Below, piece after piece: positions 48,283 through 61,128 of a stretch of 64,000 nucleotides of DNA. Both the position numbers and the translations under genes were made by a program. The notes under the pieces were generated by a model. That model searched no databases. It was not told where the DNA came from and saw nothing but the letters and a program-made list of their open reading frames with translations. The stretch spans positions 4,726,666 to 4,790,665 of the forward strand of contig CM119268.1 in NCBI GenBank assembly GCA_051294375.1, written 5' to 3'. The first letter of the stretch is position 1; every line of letters begins with the position of its first letter. This DNA is from Paraspadella gotoi (taxonomy: Eukaryota > Animalia > Chaetognatha).

Positions 48283-49530
48283 ATGGCTTTTCGATTATTC
48301 TCTGTGCTTTTCTTTTTTTCTATTATTTCCTCTGCATCCGCTGTAATCAACAAAGTATTCTACGAATATGATTCTTACTCCGATAACTACTCCAAAGCCG
48401 TCAATGATCTTAACTATTCCTCCACCAAGTCCTCAGAGCTCTCCTCTCGAACCAACGAGTCCTTTGTCGCCAATCACTCCAACCCGCCCTCGAGAAACAT
48501 TTCCCTTCCGAAAGCGCCTCTGCCGTCTCCTCGGACGTCTCCTTGGACACCTCAAAAAAACCGTTGATCCTTTTAACATCGGATTTAATGAAAGCATGGA
48601 AAAGTTGGTTAAAAGACTTTATAACAAATAATACTTTAACCCCAACAATTCAAACTCCATCGGGCCAAGAAACGCCGACGGACGGATGCGAATAAACACG
48701 ACGATGAGCATCGCGGTAAAAAAACGGAAAAAGAAGCTTTTTATTTTTTAAATAATACGATGAAAAAATTTCGAATATTCAGGTCACAAGAAACGAATTC
48801 GTGATTAATGAGGGGCGTAAGACGGTTGTCAATAAAACCGAGGTATTCGATAATGATAATTTTATGATTTTACTTATAATTGATTAGTTTTTAATTCTCT
48901 TACAGCTTGACAATATTCGTGCCACTCCTTTAACTGCCTCTATTAACTGGACAATATATTGGGAGCAGCTGGTACAGGCTTGGCAGTCGTTAGTCTGATA
49001 TATACCGTTAAACGACTCTCCCCCAGTTATTTAAGGCGTCAGCAATACATCGCTCCACCATCACCTCCACCATCACGAGAAGAACTCGGAATGGCGACTC
49101 TGAGTCAAGTTCCTCTGTCCACAGCGTCCTTTACCTTACCCTCTCGTCGAACACGATTGGCGGGAGTAATGGAAACGCCATACAATGACTTGACTCTTCC
49201 CCGCGCGGAAATCTGCGTCGACACAACACACTTCCACGGAGTTTTGTCACGCGAGCGGTGAGACGAGAAAACATCGATCTACAACCAATAGGAGAGAAGA
49301 AGAAGAGAAACTGAGGTGACGACAATGATGAGGATTGAAGAGAATAATGACGCGAGAATTGATATATCGGAGAGAGACACGGAGGCGCTAGAAATAAACA
49401 TAACTGACGCGGTAGTAATTGAAGACGGAGATAACGTGAGTTGGGGGACAGATTGGGGGACGAAGAAGGGGTAGAAGAGATTTATTTAACTCCGGTTAAC
49501 TCTTCTCCCGTTTACGAAAGCATTGAATAG
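48283..49530 (+). pseudogene. Spliced type I membrane glycoprotein-like gene, frameshifted
   Basis: Signal peptide MAFRLFSVLFFFSIISSASA, several NxS/T sequons, GT-AG introns (about 48716-48782 and 48843-48905), TM segment LGAAGTGLAVVSLIYTV and an acidic tail. Confidence 0.45.
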
Positions 49531-49543
49531 AAACTGTCGTTCA

Positions 49544-49601
<58 letters not shown>

Positions 49602-52600
49602 TCTGCATGCGTGCCTCGTCTCTTAAGTCTTTTATTTTTTTTTAATTTCGTTTAAACTCGAGCTTTGACTCTCAACTGTAAAAAGATCTAAAAAACATCT
49701 GAGGTTCGCTTACAAACGGCGAATTTAGCAAAAAAACAACGTTTTCCAATATTGTTCAGTTGTTACTTACAATATTAATTTAATTTGTACCACAATATAA
49801 ATTGGGCCGAACTAAGGATTGGTTAAAATCATCTCCACCTGTTTCTAATGATAAATAAGTACATTTTTTTCTATATCTAGGAAAAAAAATATGTCCATTT
49901 TTGTCCTTTTTTTACTTTCGTCTTCTGATTTGAAGCCAAGGAAAGTTGAGCAAAAATTTTTACTTTGGAAATCCGTTCTTCCTTATCTTCTTTACCTCTG
50001 GGTTAATTTTTTTCCTTAAATCATTGATAGTTTGCCTATGAATTAATTTTAAAGTTGACAAGATCAAAAAGTTTCAATTTTCTGTTTTTATCATAATTTT
50101 GTTAAACGAAAATTGTTCAAATTGGTATAATTAACAGAAAATATAGGCAATTGAATAAGCTCTTTAACACCTATAAATAATCAAAAAAAACTTTTTTGGT
50201 TTAGCCACAAATAATTTTTAAAGATGTTTTTTAATTTGTGACTTTTTGTGACTGCTTTTTTTTTTTTGATAAGGAGAATATTTTCAACTCATTTATTAGT
50301 TTTAAAAGATGAGGGTACAATACTGACCTTGATTAATTAAAAAAAACCGCAGATCCTTTTAACCGAACTCATAATAAGGCGATCAGAGTTGTGTTGAGAT
50401 CGACAGGAGGTTTTGCGGCGCCGGACAAATATTTTCCGCAAAATCTGTCGATTTACTAAATCTGTGCTAGGTCAAGGCAACCAAAATTGAATAAAATCTT
50501 GCGCTAACCCCAAATTTTTTTTTACTACAGTTCATTCAAAACTTTTTTTCATTTGGGCGACGTCAAAAAATACATACAAAGAAAAAAGAGAAAGTGAGCC
50601 GAGAAAAAGGGAGTGTGTGAAAAAAAGAGGAGCAGGTAGAGGGAGAGGGATTGGATTTGAAAGTAGAGAAAAAGGGAGAGAGAAGAGAAAGAAGAAAAGA
50701 AAAGCAGAGATAAAAGGAAGAGGAAGAAAATAATAGGTAAAAAAGGCAAAGAAGGAAAGAGGAGGAAGAAGAGAGATGGTTAAAGGGATGAGAGAAGGAT
50801 TGAAGGAGGGAAGAAAGAGTGACAGAAAGAAGAGTGACAGAAAGGGAGAAAGAGGAAAGGGATGAGAGAAGGTTGCGAGGAAGGAAAAGAGAGAGTGACA
50901 GAGAGAGTGACAGAGAGGGAGAAGAGAAGAAGGAAAAAGAAAAAGGAGAGAAAAAAAGAAAAAAGATTAAGTATCATCTTTATCCTGAAGAGTTCTGTGA
51001 ATCTGATTGACGCCTGCCTAAATTTCTTTCTATGAGCAAATTTTATCTTTAAAAGTTGGTGCCTTACCATGAAAAAATCGGCATGTACTTCTTTCCTTAA
51101 ATTAAGGCAGATAACGAGATTTGATTGAAAGAATCATGTGTTTACCCGGTATTTTGAAGGCATAGAAATCTACCTCAGTGTGCCTCGGATGTTATAGAGA
51201 AAAGATAACTATAGCCAACCGTTTGTTATAACTGAAGAACGTCCTATAATTGTTATCAGGTGGGGTGAAAATAAATGATAGTTATTTCGAATTTACAAAA
51301 TATTGTTTAAAATACCCGAAGCGGGATTACAGCCCTGATCGAAGCTATTTAAAAGAATCAAAATGCCTATTTCAAAAGTTTTTTATCCGAGTTCGACGAA
51401 GTAATAAAACATAATAATTAAAACATAATAGTTTTTTAATTAAATATTATTTTTTTATATAAAGTGACACTCCTACTATTAAACCAAATCTGACTACAAG
51501 CTCGATGATGATGATGATATATCTACTATGCCTAGCAACTCTGAAGACGACGGGCATATTCAACTATTAAACTGGATCATTGCATGTTTAGTTTTGTTAG
51601 TTTGCTTGATTTTAGAATAGCATTTTTTATCGTATTCCGTCGTCGTCGTCATTGCTCATGTTTCAATCGTCATTATCCTAGATCTGAAATTAGTTTTGTA
51701 CAAATGACAGATTTAGAAACTTATGTTTAATAATATATTTTTTTGGTGACAAAGTATTTATAGCATAATTCAACGTGTGTCAGTAATATTTTATTTAGCC
51801 TTCCGATTAGTAATTATTCTTAATTTTCAAATTTTGTCTCTCTAAATATTCTTAGTCTCAAAGTTTAATATCCGTGTAGATTCTCAGAGCTCGGCGCTCC
51901 TATTTTGTAAACATTTAGTGAAATAGATAAACAAGGAAGAGAGACGGGAAGGAGGCAGAGAATTAAGTGCATTCCATTTTTCGGTTCCAAGGGATTAAGT
52001 CAATTTATTAACATGGTTTAAAATTACAATTTAAACTTGGGCAATCTACAATTATTTCAGGTAACGTTCAAATACTAACTAGACAGATTATGCATAATCC
52101 AGCTCTACTATCCGTCATCTTTTGAGGGCCACAGATACAGTTACCAACATGGTGGCCAGCGTTGTTCGCTTAATGGACAGCCTCGAAGTTATCTGTGCGT
52201 ACGGATATTTGATTTTGTCCGAGTTGATAAGGGGGTGATGTTGAATAATTTTTCTTTTCCCCGAGAGGTTATTAGACTGGTATGAAGGAGTTTTCTCCTG
52301 AATATAAATATGGAATTGTTTTGTTTTTATTCGATTTAGCTCTCTGACGTTATGATGAATTATTTGGATCGAATTTTAGAGATTTTGTATAATTCTACGA
52401 AAACCAAAACATTAATTGGAGCCAAATACATAGATCACGGATGTTTTTTTTTTTGACAGTTGTTTTTCGGGTTTGAAATTCGAACGATTTCGGTTTTTCT
52501 CTCCACAATCGATTCGGATTACTTGCCATTAAGACGATTGCGAATTTTCTTCAAAAAGTTGGATTATTGCGTTGTTTGCGTGTGTCTCGATCTTTTGCAA

Positions 52601-53699
52601 ATTTTAACGACGAAAGAAGCGGAATGGATAACAACAAGTGGGTCGAGAGAGATGGATGTCGATGGACGAACTGGTTGGGAACCTGTCCGTCGGGGACGAT
52701 TCCTCTGCGTCGATGATGAAGAGCAGCGCCTGGCGCCTGTTGGGGGCGCCAGAAGATCAGGTGTTCCGGCGGATACTTTCGGATGAGATGATGAGGATGA
52801 CTGGGATATGAAGTGGACGCTAACGGCTATGGTTTTGGTTTGTCATGAATTCGAGAGAGAGAGAAATGCGAGGAATGTGGAGGTTTACCTCTGGATAGAG
52901 AGATGTTGGCGGTGACGCCGCCCGGCACGATCGACGGGTTCGGAATGGACCTACATGGTTGAGGGGCCGAACCGGCTGGACACCCGCGGTTTATGCGTCT
53001 ATTTCCGGCGGGGAAGATGCATGGGCGGCGAAGATGCCGACTTAGATTTTATAATGAACTGACACTCTCTCCATTGTTCGAGAGTTTTGGAGAGGAGCGA
53101 GTAGCAAGGCCTCCGAGTCCCCGTTACGGACTCCGACCTGGAGGAAGAAATGCTGCGCTCTGGAAAAGGTGGGTAACGACCGATCGGAGCCGTGGTGGAC
53201 TGGGATGTCGAGTGGTGCCACTCCTTGCAGAAGTGTGGTATGACTCGTGAGAGAATAATTATTTTACCGGCGGTTCCGGCTCAATGGCGATGGATGGCCC
53301 GACTAATCAAAACGACGTCGACCATGTTTACTTTAAAAGAATTCAATGGCCGTTTATGCTGGAGGGGCGAGCTGCCAGGTTCTTCGGAGATGAAGAAGAA
53401 GTGGGGTCAAAGAACATGCGATTCCTTTTTTTGAGGATAACTTGTACCCGGTAGCGATGGAAATTCCGCCTATGCGCGTTCGCTCGTGGATTTCATGGAT
53501 AGGCATCGGGCCTCGTAAGATTTTCAAATTCAGACGCGCCCGTTTTTTTGTAAGAAAACGAGTTGTGCTAAATTCGGCCGACGAGGGATGCCCATGGCAC
53601 TGGACGACAGCGCCATAGATCGATATAGGAACGCATAGTATGATCGACTATTAATAAATCTATTCTGTTCACAGCGACTACCAGCTTCATGTAAAAAGG

Positions 53700-54300
53700 T
53701 GACGGTCGACAAGAACGCAGCGGACAAATTTTGGGTACTGGGCGATAGTCACGTGAGCCGGCTTCATGGTTGCATCCCATGGACGACGACAACGCAATTA
53801 GCGGAGGCCGCTTCACGCATTTCTTCAAAGCTCTCGCCGCAACGAAATCCGTTATCGAGCTTTAGTTTTCCTCGGAGGCGGGAATGATTTTGGCGCCAAA
53901 ACTGGATCCGGACGCCTACATGCAAAAGTTGGACTTCTTTATAAAAGAAGCAGCGTGCCGTTTTCCGGGTATGAAAATAATAACTATGTCGCTGATAAAC
54001 CGGGGATTTTAAAATGGGAAACAATCGTTCAATCAAGCTGCGTCCGAGATCGATAGTAAATTGTACAAGATGGACGTCATGCACTCACATGGATTGCAAA
54101 ATTGTTTTCGTACAAAGAGATACGGCCGATTAGTATTAGACAATAATTTTACGATGCGACCGAACTCACCTGAACGCACAAGGGACGAAGGTGCTGACGG
54201 AACTCATTGATCGCCTACTGTTTTGCGATACTGACCAGCAGTTCCGGGAACGACCAATTTGGGTGTTGGGCTCCACGCGTTTTGCTGGTGGAAGAAACTG
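53700..54300 (+). pseudogene. SGNH hydrolase-like ORF inside the LTR element
   Basis: FWVLGDSHV and RCDRTHLNAQG; homologous to 29256-29883. Confidence 0.65.
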
Positions 54301-54659
54301 AGTGGCCGAATTTCGTCAATCGCGCTAGTCGACGATCTTCGAAATAAACAAAAGACAGAATTGATTCACGTAGAAAATTTAGATAAATTTTGGTGAATAA
54401 CTATCGATGTTAAAATATCTTAATATCTTGCTTTTATTAACTATCGATGTTAATCGATGTAAAATATGATTTCGATATGATAAATTTACTTTAAATTTTA
54501 TTCAGGGGTAATATTGATATTCGACATTTTAACATAATAATAAGATGAAACATGCATGTTGTCATGTGTCAATCGATGTCAACCAACCTGAGAATGGTGT
54601 GACAAATTAACAATATTAAAATTGATGAATATGCTGGATATACCGATCGATTGTTTTCT

Positions 54660-55700
54660 TACCTAGACTTTGGAGTGGTCTTCGATGTCAACGAGTTGGT
54701 TTTTTCGATTTGCGCTGAGGCGCGACCGGACGCTTCTTGCTTTTGTTGCGATCGTGAGCAGAGACGGGACCGAAAACAATACTGAACTTGACGTTCCTAA
54801 ATACAATTTGTTTGCACCCTTTTTACTATCTGTCTGCACGATTTGTTTGCATAATTTCTTTTAATTGCATGGAAATTTTGCATGTCAGCACCGAATTATT
54901 CTGCACCTGTCACTTACCGACACAACGACGACATTTCAGAACGACAAGGCCAATGAATAAGGCTAGACAGATGATAGACAACGTGACGAGAACGACCAAA
55001 TAGAGAGTCGAATGGTCGGGCTGACAGATACCGAAAACGCCTGAGTCGTTACGGGAATCGAACATGATTTCCCATATTTCCAGCCGAGTTTGGCGAGAAG
55101 CGTGTAAAGGCGCAGCAGACTGAAACGAAAAATTTATGAATTAATGTTATGAAAAATTCTTACCAAATTGATATTTAAAATTTATAAAAAAACCGCTCTG
55201 GCTCTATCGAAGTATATTAACCTTAGACATCTGAATCTCTTACCCTTCTCGACTGCATCTCTAGCGTGTCGGGCACTTCCGGGTTTGTATTACGTGCCAC
55301 AACACCTGGCACCTGCCCCCTCCCTCTACTGGCCGCCAGGGTGAGGGCGTCGACCCAACCCATCTTTGCACCGAAACGTAAAATGATAACGATAATTATG
55401 TAAGTTCCTATGCAGCCGCCGATCGACACTAGCACCTTTCTAGAGCCGTCATTGCGTACGAACGAACGACCGAAGGCGGCGTCGAACTCGAAACTAAGTT
55501 CGAAGTTGCCGCCGTCCCGGCCGCCGCCGTTAAAAAAACGGCGTCGCCTGTCGGAAGAACCGCATTGCGGCACTCGACGGCCTCAAGAAACTGAGGCTGC
55601 CGGCACAGCACTGCGAGCCCTTCCTCTGGGCTCAGCACGTCTGAGCTCGTCTCCGAAAGGCAACGAAAAAACATAATGGCGATTATGAAAATCATTCTGA
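54660..55700 (-). pseudogene. Antisense, intron-containing accessory gene in the 3' region of the LTR element
   Basis: Minus-strand exons with GT-AG boundaries (donor about 55221, acceptor about 55120, donor about 54661); peptide similarity to 27600-28350. Confidence 0.55.
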
Positions 55701-56819
55701 AAGATTATGGTAATTTAGGTATAGATCTCTTTAGCTGATGATAATTATTGATCTTAGTGAAAACAAATTCTTAGTTATAATTTGCGCACTTTCGAAGAGG
55801 ATACTGAACTTATCCGTCACACTTACCATTTCGGACTCAGGAGTAGGAAGAGCAAGATGAGTTTTGTTTTGAGCGATCGAACAAACCAATCAGATCGATT
55901 TAAATCGAAGCGAAAAGATTTGATGAGATATCGAAAATAAATCGAAGGTGAATGATTCGAATGATGAACGATCGAGATATTGCGTGAGAATGTTTTGTGA
56001 GGCGTTTGTTTATGTTTTGTGTGGGATCCAAATAAAATTGACTAATTGTAACTTTTCTCGAACTGTTTGGCTGTTCTCAAAACAATTTTTACTGTGCTAC
56101 GATTTTTGTATTAAATGCAGCGTCGATTTATTTTCATGCTTGATTTACTTTTCCTAGATTTAGCTATGTGTGATCAATTGTAATACTGTTATAACTATTG
56201 TGATAATTTGTGCTGGTGCTTACATGTGATCATTTGTACTAATTGTAGCTTGCTTATTTACCTGCCTGTTACAAAATTGTTTTGGGGGGGAGATGTCAGT
56301 AATATTTATATTTAGCCTCCGATTAGTAATTAATTCTTAATTTCAAATTTTGTCTCTCTAAATATTCTTAGTCTCAAAGTTTAATATCGCTTAGATTCTC
56401 AGAGCTCGGCTCCTATTTTGTAAACATTTAGTGAAATAGATAAACAAAGGAAGAGAGACGGAAGGAGGCAGAGAATTAAGTGCATTCCATTTTTCGGTTC
56501 CAAGGGATTAAGTCGATTTATTAACATGGTTAAAAATTACAATTTACAACTTGGGCAATCTACAATTATTTCAGGTAACTTCAAATACTAACAGACAGAT
56601 TATGCATAATCCAGCTCTCTATCCGTCATCTTTTGAGGGCCACAGACCACGTTACCAACACGTGATAGTCAGTAATTTAATAAAAAAAAGCTTGCTAAAA
56701 AAATTTAAACCCATCAATAAATAATAAACATCAACTGTCGTCGATAAAAGTCGAATTTTTTTATTGTTAGAAAGAGATTTACATAATCAAAAAAATCACG
56801 CTGAAAAAAGCAGTGATCC

Positions 56820-58271
56820 GTGTCATATGAAAAAAAAATCCTATGGATAGAAGAAGATGTCGGTCGTATGCAAAAAATCCATTTGCATAATAGCGATGAT
56901 AGGCGAAAATGTCTTTCGTATGAGATTCTGATTTCAGCGATGGCATCACGATCTTTTCTTGTGAAATTTTGCAATATTCTCAGTTATATTCCGTATTCAT
57001 ACAGACGAAAGTCAATCTGCATCTACTAAGGTCGCTATTCGCAGAAGAATCTGAAAGTTCCAAAAAGGTATCTGCACAGATTATTTGCCCAGAAACGCCT
57101 AAATCTGACACGTCACAGCAGCTGAGCTCCAATAAAGATGAAGAAAAACAACACAAAAAAGACCCAAAAAAAGGAATTGAAGAAGTACCAGAAACACCAG
57201 GCAAAAACATACCTAAAACTATGCCAAATGAAAATGCCGAATCTGACTCAGAAAGTGATTCTGAAAATTCATCAAGAAATAGTGATAGTGAATCGTCAAG
57301 TGACGATGAATCAAACATCAATGAAAACAACTTTACAAAAATTCATTCGCAAGAGCAACCACTAGTGCAAATTGCGTCAACACCTGCAAAGGAGTCGCAA
57401 GTAGGTTTGCAAGATGTTAATTGGGAAAATGAGGGTCTTCAAACTCCGACCCAGGATGAACCCCCTTACCCTCTAATTTTGACAGCAACACATGGAGAAA
57501 GTATCATTGCATCGACAACAAATGATAAAAAAAGAGATGAACCCATAGAGGCTTCAATTATGGCGCCAATAATTTACCATGGCAACGAAAATGAGGCTGA
57601 ATCAGAAAATTTGTTGAAACAAGGAATAAACAATGAGGATGACGATGAAGCAAAGCTAGACGACTATTTTAATAGTGTTTCGAAGCAAAAAAAAACAACA
57701 GTTGAATAATGCTGACAAAATATTAAATATGGAAAATGCAGAGCCTAAAATCCAAAAGAACATTCCAAGTGCCGACAAACCTGAACTTGAGGCTGCAATA
57801 AGTGCATTAACCAAAGAAACTGTGTTTCAATCTGACATAATTCAACAAGCAATGTCAGATAGCCACATAGCTGGTTAGTGAAAATTGAAATGTAAATTTT
57901 ATTTGTATATAAGACTAATTTCTTTTTTTTGTTGTATCTATACAGAAACCATGATTGGAATTCAAGAACCACCACTCGCTGTTGTTATACCGGTAGAACA
58001 GTTTGAAGCAAATACGATTAATGCGTTTATACAACCTAACTTCATAGGAGAAGAGGATGAAAAAGAAAATGAGGCAGGTTATTTGACTCTACCTAAAACA
58101 GCTTCAATTTTTATGAAAAAAGACAAAAAGCAAAATCATTCTCTACTTAAAAAGATTTGTAATAAATGTCACAGGACTTGTGATATTCATTCCATTCATA
58201 GTTTAAAAGAACACATACAGTCTGGTTGTCCCAAAACCAAGGAATTATTTTCCGCCTTAAGAATTAATTAA
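56820..58271 (+). pseudogene. Degraded gene with an acidic low-complexity region and a C-terminal zinc-finger-like motif
   Basis: ORFs 56969-57709, 57675-57878 and 57885-58271; PETP repeats; CNKC...LKEHIQSGC; probable intron about 57874-57945. Confidence 0.35.
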
Positions 58272-59357
58272 TTAATTTGCACTTCTTTGTATTTACAGTT
58301 TGGTTTTGGTTCAAGTGTAGCATTTCTCATATTATTCTATTTCTCATTCCTATGATGTCAAATTGCGATTTTATTACATGACTGTTAGCTAAATGGAAAA
58401 TTAAATTTAAAAGGTAAGTTTAAAGTCGTCTTAAACGCTTTATTGTTTTTTTATTTGAAATTAAAATCGGTAATTAACTATAAATAATTTTATATTTTTC
58501 TCAGGAATTAATATGCGCTTCTTTGTATTTACTGTCTGGTTTTGGTTCAAATGTGGCATTATTTCTCATTCCTATAATATCAAATTGCTGTTTTTACACG
58601 CATGCTCATTACACGCATGTTGGTTAAAGAATGTCAAGGTAAGTTTAAATTTTGAAATTTGATTTTTAAATATTTAAACAGTTAGAAATAGTAATTAATT
58701 TTAACTAAAAAATTATTCAATTTGTCAGAAATGTTTTGTTTACGTAACCTATTTTACTTTACTAAGAATTTTGTCCCTCCTCCATATTTTAGTTTCACGT
58801 AATTTGTTTAAATTGTAAAGGTTAGGTCTCTCTCTCTATTATTTTCTTTCAATGTATTACATATAATGATATTTTTAATTCAAGATTTAAATGTAACAAA
58901 ACAAAGTAGCGATGAGAGAGAGAGGCAAGAATTGTAATTCACTTCATATTTTAGCTCTGTAAATAAGGACGTTTCATCAAATAGAATAAATTCAAAAACT
59001 CAACTCTCTACTAATTCAGGTAAATCCGATAACAAACATAGTCAGATCGATCGAACATGAAATAGCTCTCTATTAACATCTGAGGGTAAAGGGTCACGCT
59101 ACCGACATGGTGGCCAGCGCTGCTTCTTACCTTCTTTGCAGGGTTGGTAGTTTTTGTTGGGTTTGTCAGGTTCTGGGATTTTCTTTTTTTTTGCACCAGC
59201 CTGAGCCTCTGTTGGAGGATGCATCACCAGATGATCAAGCACAGGATGACCGTGCGCAGGCTGATCAACCACAGGCTGGCCAAGCGGAAGCCGATCAGGC
59301 TCTGCTGCCTGAGCTGACAACCGATGGGGATTTCACGAGTGAGGGGAACAAGCTCTT

Positions 59358-60576
59358 ATGCAGTTTTTCCTAGTCGGGCCATATACGATGGCCGTAAACG
59401 TGGGAAGCCCGTTGATGGAAAAGGCTTTCGTGGTGGTGGTGGACGGCCCCGGGTCGTCTATCGCAGATCCTGTACGGCGGGAGCATGCGCACGCGGCTGG
59501 AATTTATAGTCGCGTGCCAATCCTTTTTGAGCAAATCTCTGAAAGGGTTTATGGCCGCCTTGGACGGTCAGAGGATTATGAGCAACCACCACCTGAGTCG
59601 GGCTCTGATAATGAGATGCCCGAGTTGGAGAATCTTCAATCGAAGACGGCATCGGACGAACCTGCCAATGAATCGAACGAGAATGATTGGGAATTCGATA
59701 GTCCGGCTGTTGAACTGAATGAAAGTGATGACGACGCTGACCAGCCTGTGCAAAATCGCTCTGGTCCTGGGGGTAACGATCCGAACGACCCAGATGGAAA
59801 TGGCGGTGATGGAGGTGATGATGGAGAACCGGCAGCTTGGGACGCGAGCGAAGAAGCTGAGTGGGTTACGCTTCAGCAGCGGACCCTTCACGAGTTATCT
59901 AGCCGAATAGAGCCAGTGACCGCTTATGCAGCACAAATGATGTTCGATGGTCGTCTGGTGAGGATGTCGGCAACTCGGTTTTTGATCTATAGAGAGGAAT
60001 ACACGTTTCTCCTCCAAGACGAGAGGGATCTTTATGTCCGACTTACCTCAAAGAGCCGGGAGAGTATGGAGGTGTACTATGAGAGAATTTTTAACTCCCT
60101 TCCGAAAAATTAGTCCCTTCATGGACGGGTTTCCGAGCAGAATTTTTCAAATACAGACTAGACCATGGTTCTGCTCGTGGAACGAGATCTTCATAACTCA
60201 CAGACGTGGTGGAAGATGGACCTGGGATGATGAGGCCCTCCAACGTTGTGAGAATACTCCAAGGTACGCAGGGGAGCAGCTGCAGTTGCTCCCACACATC
60301 CAAGAGGGAGTGCGTACACGCGACCGACTTAGAAGACCTCTGAGGTACAGTAGGGTAACATTGAGTCTACCCCAGCTGCTGGAGTTCTGGGATGATAAGG
60401 TGCAAGCACCTCTGGCGGGCGACTTGATTTCCGCAACGCCGGTACGTCCTCGTCACCTGTTAATTACGTCGATGAATCGGACGCAATGCATCGAACTATG
60501 GAAGATTCCACATTACGTGGATCAAGTGGAAAGGTTTAAGAAGATGGTGCCGTTCCATCTGAGAAGGTATATCTAA
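59358..60576 (+). CDS. Pre-gag extra ORF(s) of unknown function (59358-60113 and 60034-60576, probably one frameshifted gene)
   Basis: Long ORFs between the PBS and gag; WTWDDE..LQLLP resembles W(T)WDVE..IIILP near 53195-53270. Confidence 0.55.
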
Positions 60577-61128
60577 GGAAACCATTTTCGATCGACAGGT
60601 AATACGATTTTAATTAGTGTACGACGAAACAACTTAACAGGATGTATTTCTAGTTTAAGTTTTTATTTTTATGTTTTTTTTATTGTTTATATATAAAGTT
60701 ATATATATTTTTATATATATATGCGTTTTATCATTAGTATACCGAATGTTTGGTTTCATTCCGGGGTAGTTTAATTTAATTTCTAAAATGACTCTAGAAT
60801 AATTCACTCGATTCTAAGCTCGAACATAAATAGGATTTAGGTACGAATGTACTGGTTTATTATTGAATAGAGGCAGCCGATCGATGTTTGTTTTGAGTAT
60901 AGTTTGAATTATAAGGAAACGTAATTTATTTCATAATTGTGACATTGAACTTTGGGTTAAGTTGGCGATTATAATAGTTACGTAAGAGGGGAAAGAGAAC
61001 AGTCCGAATGGGTTTAAATAAATATTTCTTCATCTCTCTTTGGGGGGGAAGGGAGCAGTAAACCCAATGAACGATGTTTATATTTAATTAAACATATCCT
61101 TGTTTGTTCTCTTTCTCAGGAAATTCTA

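Larger units (their letters stand above)
51778..56660 (+). mobile_element. Non-autonomous LTR retrotransposon (Gypsy-related) lacking recognisable gag-pol; LTRs 51778-52149 and 56294-56660
   Basis: TG...CA LTRs that are highly similar, 4-bp TSD CGTG on both sides, PBS TGGTGGCCAGCG at 52150, PPT GGGGGGGAGA at 56284-56293. Confidence 0.92.
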
